From Octopus sinensis (lineage: Eukaryota), in assembly GCF_006345805.1 (NCBI RefSeq), contig NC_043009.1, positions 32,240,001 through 32,304,000 on the forward strand: a stretch of DNA of 64,000 bases. The letters are read 5' to 3'. The notes below the pieces were generated by a model. That model saw only the letters and a program-made list of their open reading frames with translations. It ran no database searches and was not told the origin of the DNA. Below, piece after piece: positions 54,637-64,000 of this stretch (position 1 is the stretch's first letter; every line of letters starts with the position of its first letter). Position numbers and translations under genes: made by a program.

Positions 54637-55199
54637 TGTGTGTGTGTGTGTGTGTGTGTATTGACCGTATATATGCAATCAAGATATACATTTTTGCTTA
54701 TATTTATGCATCTGAAAGACCAGAATATGCCACGGTGAACGGGAAAACGTGGGCCTCTCCCCTCCATAGGAATTACATCTATCTCTTGCGGGGTAACGGT
54801 ATACCTTTTTCATACCAATAAGCGGTGATAATTTAAATTCAAAATATTAATATAAATTTTTACTGAATAATATAACATTATTACTTCTCATCAGATCTCT
54901 CTATTTCAATACTCTCAAAAGATATCAAAGTTTCATTGAAAAGGTGTTGAACACTCTTTGTCATACCAAAGGCTAAATACTTGGGTTTTAGGAGGTTGAA
55001 AGTCTTTAAGGAATTAGTTAAAATCATAGCTTAAAATCGCAGTTACACTTTCTCCCATATCCGGATATTGGTAATTTGTCACGTGGTTTTGGAGGAATTT
55101 ACACAAATGTCGTTGCATTGATAGCGGTACTGAAGATAATGGAATCTGAGATTTCTCAGACGTTCTCAATAATCATCACTTATCATGACAAATCATTGT

Positions 55200-55800
55200 T
55201 CTCTGAGATAAATTTCTTCTCAGGGAATTTTGTTTCTTAAAGAGGAATCCCTATGGGGATGCCATACTCCAAGCGTGACCATGCAAAAGTAGAAGACAAG
55301 AAGAAGATAGCATCTGAATATCTGCACCAGAGAGGTTTGAGAGTCCAGAAACTGTGTAATCCAAGCCTTCCAGAGTTCAACTCATTTAACTAAAGGCTGC
55401 TCAACGATGACGTTTATGATTGTCCGAGCATATCGTCTTTGGCAATGAGGACGTATCCAGATTCTTCTTGTTCAATGGCATATCACTCTTTTCATATAAG
55501 ACCGCCTCAGTTTTATCCAGTCAGAGGATTTGCTGGCAGTCCTCGGATTCTTAGATTTTTTCTCGAATATATTTATCGTGTTCTTTGGTTGATGTAAAGA
55601 TGAAAATGAGTGCGCCAAATATATTACCTTAGGAAAACCACTGGTGATATTTACAAGGCTTCATTAAATTTCATCGATGATATATTGTAGAGTTCCGAAT
55701 ACTAAGCAACAGTTAATCAAGGGCAGCATTACTAGATGGAATACCATGTTGGATGGATTCAGCAATTCAGATTTTAGCATATGACTCTTCGTGTTCCTCC
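55200..55800 (-). mobile_element. Decayed CR1/L2/Jockey-group RT remnant
   Basis: In order on the minus strand: IQHGIP; TSGFP.G-NIFGALIFI (compare SGVPQGSVLGPLLF, one frameshift); FAWSRLEYG (compare FVRSRLEY). Confidence 0.6.
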
Positions 55801-56392
55801 ATTGTGCGGGTTATAGAAATATGGAAGTTGACGTGATTCTTTGAACTGTTTTCGGGACATCGAAGTCATTGTTTAATGGCACACTGGTAGTAGTCTGCGC
55901 AGGAAGATGTCGGCAGGCATCGATACGTTTGGCTGAATTTCTTTTGCCACTTTTAAAGTTTGTCTTCTTTGTTTCTGTTTCATGCACTGCAAAACATCAG
56001 TCGGTTCTTCAAAAGTTCAACGATTGCAATATTATTGTACAATTATTCGCTTTTTCCTAAAGAAATATTGTTATATGTGACCCGAAAGTATTTTTCACAT
56101 TGCACCGTAGCTGATCCAGAGAGACAGAAAGAGTGAGATAGAAAGCGAAGAGAAAAAGATACTTGGCCCCAGTATTTAATTCCATTTCTGTTATCAATCC
56201 TTGGGCTGATAAGAGATGGAGTTGATTTGGGGTTTGAACTCAGAACACAGACAGTAGAAATGAATGTGTAATGGCTGACAATTTAACGACTTCTCCCAAC
56301 GCGCTGCTTATATTTAATTTGCCTAGAAATAGAATTCATTCTTGTATGGCTCGTATTCAGCTATGGATATTGTAGTTATTTAACCGGATAAA

Positions 56393-56623
56393 GGCGGTGA
56401 GCTGGCAGAAGCGTAAGCACGCCGGGCGAAATGCTAAGCAGTATTTCGTCTGTCGCTACGTTCTGAGTTCAAATTCCGCCGAGGTCGACTTTGCCTTTCA
56501 TCCTTTCGAGGTCGATTAAATAAGTACCAGTTAAACACTGGGGTCGATATAATCGACTTAATCCGTTTGTCTGTCTTTGTTTGTCCTCCCTGTGTTTAGC
56601 CCCTTGTGGGTAGTAAAGAAATA
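56393..56623 (+). mobile_element. tRNA-derived SINE family B, full length
   Basis: ggcggtgagctggcagaagcg...gagttcaaattcc (B box)...gtagtaaagaaata. Confidence 0.93.
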
Positions 56624-58772
56624 GGTTTTGGTTGTTGTTATTATTTCCACTGCATGTCCTCTTGTTTCTTGGCTTGTGAGCGCTCCGACCATTATTACTA
56701 TACAAGGAAAACATTGAAATTATCATGAGTTTTCATTGTATTAGCATCATGAGTGGATTTTGTGTTTTAAATGTGTTTGATGGGGTAAAATTGCTACATT
56801 CTCTGTTACAGTAGTTAGTGATATGTGCTAGATTTATTAAATGTGTGCTTAATACCTATGAGGTGGGTCTACGTGCAATATTTTTGAAAGTGATTATCTC
56901 ATATTAGTGATATCGGATTTCGTGCTTTATTTTATTCGTATGGTTTGTGTATGGTACAATATTTTAGCTGAAAATATTTTTAGAGTAAATGAAAAAGGTA
57001 TTTCAACCATAACATTTGAATATCACCCCAGTATAATTAAATAAAATATCTTTGTTAAACATGGATGTAATGTACGTAATATTGAACGCAGAGAATTTTT
57101 GTTAATATTTCCTAATTTTGAAAGTATAGAAATTTGAAAACATATTGTTTAAAACAAGCATTCAAATTACGGAGAATAATTTAATATTTACAGTTGCTCA
57201 GTTGTTGGAGAAACTGTTCTTTAATGGATTATATCATTGCTAATATAAATAAAGTTGAAATGAGTTGCATCTATGCATTAAGTAGGATAATATTTAATTT
57301 TTAAAAATTTATTTGATAATCTATATAATGTTGAGGACATTGTTGATTATCAAAAACAATTATTGATATGTAACCTGGGTTCAGATTATGTAAGAGAGCC
57401 GTTGTATCCCTACATAATTAACGTAATTGATACTGGGGAATATGCAGCACATTATCAAAGTTATAAAACAAAACAACTGGAGTTTTGAAGGTTTTGACGT
57501 AAATAAAACTGAATCCTATTTCTGCATCACATGACGACATATAATTTACCCTAGTCAGACAACAACGTTACTCTACCATATTTATAGCATAATGCACATA
57601 AAAATCAACGCAATAGGTTTTAATTTAACATTCCAACAAAACTATCAGCATTACAAAGGGAAAGTATGTAATGACAAGGGCTTGATAAAATATTTCTATA
57701 AGAGAGAAAAGCATCAAGTACTGTGGAATATATCGATTCCATAGGAACAATTGCAAAAGAAAATATAAATTTTAGCATCAAATGTTTCTAATATACTAAA
57801 TCATTTGAAATAAAATCCAGGCCAAAAATCTCGAAATCTGCAACAATGTTATGCCATTCATTCTAAAAATTTCAACAATGGTTTCTAATATCTACTACTA
57901 TACAAAAACAATTCACGAATTCTATTGTAAAAGAAGAGCAAAAAGGATCAAAAATTATTGTAGAAACAGTGTAATGAAGTAGAAAAATTTGAAAGAAAAC
58001 ATCACAGAAACAAAACAGTAGATAGTTTGATCATGAAAGCCAAATATACATTCTCAATAACAATTAAAAATTCTATTCATTATTTCAAAGAATAATGAAA
58101 TAAAATTTAACAATTCTATTTATTATTAGATATTTTAATGAATATGTGTCAATAATTTGGCCTATGAGCTATTGCAGGTTTTCTGATTTTGTGTGAAGAA
58201 CTAATGTATATGTGTATATATATATGTGTATGTGTGTGTATATATGTATGCATGTATGTATGAAAGCAAAGCTAGGCATAACGAGCAGAAGCAGTGTTAA
58301 CAACGCAACAATAAGCATACCAACAACAACAATGAGACAAAGGACAAAACTTCTGCTATTGATTGTGGATTTTGCATTTTAATTATATTGAAACAAAGAG
58401 CAGAATACAATTTTTTTTAATAAACTTGCAATAAATATAGTATGAATCTCTCACTCTTTCGCTTTCTCTCTTATTTTTGTGTAAGTATATAAATATATGT
58501 GTGTGTGTGTTTATGTAAACACATATATACATAATTGTATATGTTTATATAAATATGTAAATACATATACATGTATATGTGTGTATATACATGTAATTAT
58601 GTACATGCATGTATATGTGCGAGTATGTGTGCATTTATGTTGTTTCGCGCACATGTGTATAATTGCTTGATTACATCTATGTACATGCTTACAAAGGATT
58701 AATTATAGAGATATGCATGTATACGCGAAAATACATACTATATATTTATATATGTATATATGTGTGAGTATG

Positions 58773-58809
<37 letters not shown>

Positions 58810-59123
58810 GTATATATAGTCCTGTGGACAACTATAAATATATGTATGTGTGCGCGTGTGTGTGAGTGTATACAGATCTCTCTCTCTCTCCTTCTTTTTT
58901 CTCTCTCTTTCTCCATATAACTTAACAATGCAATGGAATTAGATGGCTGCAAGTAAAATACAGTACATTGTATTCTTTTCTGAATACGTCAATGTGAGGT
59001 TTGAATGAGTAAACCATATTACAACAGGATGTTTTCAGCTTGCCATGGACCTTCCAAAGTATGTTGACTTCTATATATATATATATATAGATATCCACAC
59101 ACACACATATATATATGTATGTG

Positions 59124-59149
<26 letters not shown>

Positions 59150-59202
<53 letters not shown>

Positions 59203-59670
59203 TATATATTTATATGTGTACTCGCTGCTCAAAATTTCAGACGTAAGATAATATGGTACTTAGCATCTTCCAGCCACAATAAAATTATGTTCAACTGTTC
59301 TAGTGACGTCAAGGATCATTGTCAGGATATTCTATTTGCATTGAATTCATTTCATTTTGACATATTGTATGAAAATAAACTGGCTCGTCTTTGCTGCGGC
59401 CCTCAGTTTCTTGTTAGAGCACAGGGTGTAACCGTAGTTGTGTGTAAGACATCAGTTTGTCTGTTGCAGTTGTGTACAATGATTGTGCTAATGATATGTC
59501 CATTCCTTGACATTGCTTGCTACTCTTTTCTTCTGTTCAAGACATCATTTTTCTTCTTCCTGTTGCAGTTATTTGCAGAATGTTTTTTTTTGCAAGGCTA
59601 ATAATTACATATACATATTTATCCCCCCCATATATATATATGCATATATATACATATATATATATGTGTG

Positions 59671-59703
<33 letters not shown>

Positions 59704-60703
59704 TGTAGGCCAACTAAGAAACTCGATTTATAACTTACATCTCTCTACATATATGATTAAGTATTCTCATCGTTTACGCCAGGATCAGTTTCGATGGATC
59801 AGAATTTCAGTCAAATACATTAGAACTGCCTCCGTCGCGTCTTTTTACAGGATTTTATCCCAGGTAATATTAACCAATATACTGAATTATCAAAACGAAA
59901 AATGGGTGTAATTAGCGAGAAATTTGGCCACTAATTACCAAGCAACTCCTTACAAGCTGTTGATATAGTTGCAGCTGCTTTTACTGTCTAGTATATTGGC
60001 TGGGCCGAATCGAGAACTGCTATGAAAATAATTCTTGTAGAGACCATCTTTGAAACACAATCAAATCTGTGCTCTATGATTTTGGATAATGCATTTTGTA
60101 AGAGATATAGGTCCTTTTATTGGTTGGCCCCAAGAGAGAATTCTTTTCATATTTCGTACAAGTCAGTTTTCGAAGTGTGTCTTTTCAATGGAAATCAAAT
60201 AATATAAGAGAAACTCTTTGTCACAGTGTGCACGAAGAAACTGTGTATATGCTCTATCATTACCAAAAGGTTGCTTTATTAATCTGTAAACGTTTTGATT
60301 TCTTTCGAAGATTTACACATCCAACAATATGCAATCACCTTGGAATGATGTTAAAGTTATTACCAAAGATCTTCATTATAGCATGATTTTCTATTCTTAT
60401 ATCTCCTCGAAGCAAGTCTTGTAAGAATATCACGATGCTGCATATTCAAGACATGTTTAAACCAATAAAAACGTATCTGCTAAAATACTGTTTTCATGCT
60501 TAGAACTGAATCGTAGAAACAGTAGCTTGGTTAGTAAAGTTGCTTTATAAGTATAAAATTCCAGGTTCAATCACACTGGGACGATTTAAGCAAGTTACTT
60601 CTATCGTTGACTTGATTTGGAAACAAACTTCAGACAGGAGAATATAGTCGGGAAGTTTGCAAAACACTTTCTAAACAAAGAACTGGCACATGCACACACA
60701 CAT

Positions 60704-60747
<44 letters not shown>

Positions 60748-60992
60748 ACATATTCGGAAAACGATTGTGACTTCGATATTACTATCTCCTAGGAAATATT
60801 TATCTCTTTAACTCTACAATCTGCTTTGTCTTGTCTTTCTGCAGCTAAGGTTTTAAATATATATGTGTGTATGTGTGTGTGCATACATACATTCACACAC
60901 ACATACATACGTACATATAGGCATACATATATATGTTTGTATGTATATATATAAAGTCTCTTCAGAGCGTTGGTTATATTTAATTTATTGTT

Positions 60993-61048
<56 letters not shown>

Positions 61049-62592
61049 TATATATATATAATATATATATATATATATAATATATATATATTTATATGTG
61101 TACTCGCTGCTCAAAATTTCAGACGTAAGATAATATGGTACTTAGCATCTTCCAGCCACAATAAAATTATGTTCAACTGTTCTAGTGACGTCAAGGATCA
61201 TTGTCAGGATATTCTATTTGCATTGAATTCATTTCATTTTGACATATTGTATGAAAATAAACTGGCTCGTCTTTGCTGCGGCCCTCAGTTTCTTGTTAGA
61301 GCACAGGTGTAACCGTAGTTGTGTGTAAGACATCAGTTTGTCTGTTGCAGTTGTGTACAATGATTGTGCTAATGATATGTCCATTCCTTGACATTGCTTG
61401 CTACTCTTTTCTTCTGTTCAAGACATCATTTTTCTTCTTCCTGTTGCAGTTATTGCAGAATGTTTTTTTTTGCAAGGCTAATAATTACATATACATATTT
61501 ATCCCCCCCATATATATATATGCATATATATACATATATATATAGTGTGTATATATATACATATATATATATATATTATATATATATATATGTAGGCCAA
61601 CTAAGAAACTCGATTTATAACTTACATCTCTCTACATATATGATTAAGTATTCTCATCGTTTACGCCAGGATCAGTTTCGATGGATCAGAATTTCAGTCA
61701 AATACATTAGAACTGCCTCCGTCGCGTCTTTTTACAGGATTTTATCCCAGGTAATATTAACCAATATACTGAATTATCAAAACGAAAAATGGGTGTAATT
61801 AGCGAGAAATTTGGCCACTAATTACCAAGCAACTCCTTACAAGCTGTTGATATAGTTGCAGCTGCTTTTACTGTCTAGTATATTGGCTGGGCCGAATCGA
61901 GAACTGCTATGAAAATAATTCTTGTAGAGACCATCTTTGAAACACAATCAAATCTGTGCTCTATGATTTTGGATAATGCATTTTGTAAGAGATATAGGTC
62001 CTTTTATTGGTTGGCCCCAAGAGAGAATTCTTTTCATATTTCGTACAAGTCAGTTTTCGAAGTGTGTCTTTTCAATGGAAATCAAATAATATAAGAGAAA
62101 CTCTTTGTCACAGTGTGCACGAAGAAACTGTGTATATGCTCTATCATTACCAAAAGGTTGCTTTATTAATCTGTAAACGTTTTGATTTCTTTCGAAGATT
62201 TACACATCCAACAATATGCAATCACCTTGGAATGATGTTAAAGTTATTACCAAAGATCTTCATTATAGCATGATTTTCTATTCTTATATCTCCTCGAAGC
62301 AAGTCTTGTAAGAATATCACGATGCTGCATATTCAAGACATGTTTAAACCAATAAAAACGTATCTGCTAAAATACTGTTTTCATGCTTAGAACTGAATCG
62401 TAGAAACAGTAGCTTGGTTAGTAAAGTTGCTTTATAAGTATAAAATCCAGGTTCAATCACACTGGGACGATTTAAGCAAGTTACTTCTATCGTTGACTTG
62501 ATTTGGAAACAAACTTCAGACAGGAGAATATAGTCGGGAAGTTTGCAAAACACTTTCTAAACAAAGAACTGGCACATGCACACACACACACA

Positions 62593-62623
<31 letters not shown>

Positions 62624-62873
62624 TACACACATATTCGGAAAACGATTGTGACTTCGATATTACTATCTCCTAGGAAATATTTATCTCTTTAACTCTACAA
62701 TCTGCTTTGTCTTGTCTTTCTGCAGCTAAGGTTTTAAATATATATGTGTGTATGTGTGTGTGCATACATACATTCACACACACATACATACGTACATATA
62801 GGCATACATATATATGTTTGTATGTATATATATAAAGTCTCTTCAGAGCGTTGGTTATATTTAATTTATTGTT

Positions 62874-62880
<7 letters not shown>
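59150..62880. repeat. Tandem duplication, unit ~1885 bp (about 59150-60998 and 61000-62880)
   Basis: ORF offsets 60022/61909 and 60120/62007 are 1887, and 60863/62744 is 1881; breakpoints lie in (TA)n. Confidence 0.95.
59430..59590 (-). mobile_element. RTE-type LINE C-terminal scrap (duplicate at ~61310-61470)
   Basis: RGRRK...NVKEWT..SLAQSLYTTATDK across frames resembles the RTE C-terminal RGR..W..NIKEWT..A.DR motif. Confidence 0.45.
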
Positions 62881-62947
<67 letters not shown>

Positions 62948-63364
62948 TGAACACTGTCGGATTCCGGATTAATACCGAAGTTCTTTAGGTGTGGAAAATC
63001 ATGGTTTCATGACGGTAAACCCTCCTCTTTGAACCTATGCAAAAACTGGCGTTCGAAGCATAGTTCGTATAGAAGCATGTGCAACTCAACATTAACGATG
63101 TACTAAAGTATTTCTTTGTTTTATTATTTGTCTTTCATATGTATAAACGTTTAATTTTATAGTATTCTAACCTTCAAAATCGCCTGCTGAAACGGCGTGG
63201 TTACGTTAAAATATATTATATATTAACGAATAAATAGCTATGGTGCGGAAACGTACCATAATAATATCATTTGATTCTCTGTTTGAAAAATTTCTACTAG
63301 GAACTTTTTTATATGTTTATCCAACATGCACAATTTTGTGATTCCGATTAGTAAATAAAATATG

Positions 63365-63667
63365 TGGAGGCGCAATGGCCTAGTGGTTAGGGCAGCGTAC
63401 TCGCGGTCGTAGGATCGTGATTTTGATTCCCAGACCGGGCGTTGTGAGTTTTTATTGAGCGAAAACACCTAAAAGCTCCACGAGGCTCCGGCAGGGGGTG
63501 GTGATCGCTGCTGTACTCCTTCACCACTCTTTCTCCCACTCTTGCTTCTGTTGGCCTGCTCGCTTAGCCAGCGGGGTGGCGTCATTCGAAGGCTAAAACA
63601 ATGCGAACGCATTGTGACCAGCGATGTGTAACTACATCTGATGGACTGGTCGGTCACGTGATGATGG
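63365..63667 (+). mobile_element. tRNA-derived SINE family C
   Basis: A box TGGCCTAGTGG, decayed B box ttttgattccc, ttgagcgaaaacacct central motif; probable 12-bp TSD AAATAA(A/G)ATATG at 63353-63364 and 63668-63679. Confidence 0.85.
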
Positions 63668-64000
63668 AAATAAGATATGCGTAATGGTGAACAAATAATA
63701 CCAAGAAAATTTTCCACCTCTTTTTTTTTATAATGTATGTATATAAGATTCAGTATTTATTATACAGGCATATTGAAAGACTGTGTTGGTAAATAGTCAT
63801 TTAGGTGTTTATGTAAATCGACGAAGAGACAGTTATGTTGGTAAAAGACTACGCTGATGATCGACTAAAGGAATTACGTTAGAGATGGAGAGAGGAAACG
63901 TTTAAAAGTAAAATGGGAAAATAAATACAGCGAGAACAAAAGCAAAACAATCCTACATTATTGGTGAAGAAACAATCTCCACGTTGTCAATTTACCTTGC

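Noticed and set aside
57000-58100. Highly decayed Penelope RT/GIY-YIG ORF
   Set aside because: Only vague resemblances (FFNGLY, MPFI, MKAKY) amid many stops; it needs a profile search such as frameshift-aware HMM against PLE RT.

Overview
AT-rich, microsatellite-saturated eukaryotic genomic DNA. The SINE and microsatellite content resembles coleoid cephalopod (Octopus-like) sequence; this is an inference from pattern recognition, not a database match. No host gene, rRNA, functional tRNA or CRISPR array can be supported, and nearly all ORFs in the track are translations of microsatellites. What is present: (i) several R4/Dong-type non-LTR retrotransposons (RT plus restriction-like endonuclease), including a young subfamily whose three copies all sit between (TAA)n arrays; (ii) a ~550-bp non-coding retroposon with an (AAT)n tail in 8 copies; (iii) about 15 tRNA-derived SINEs of several families; (iv) decayed Tc1/Tc3-like and Chapaev-3-like transposases and CR1/L2 and RTE scraps; (v) two ~1.89-kb tandem duplications bounded by (TA)n, possibly assembly artefacts; (vi) three minimal type-I hammerhead-ribozyme motifs of the kind associated with Penelope-like elements. 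The most notable item is a minus-strand composite at 27,651-28,263: tRNA-derived Pol III head, internal (AAT)n/(AAG)n tract and a hammerhead-bearing 3' module, enclosed by a perfect 15-bp target-site duplication. It looks like a ribozyme-carrying SINE that inserted as one unit.
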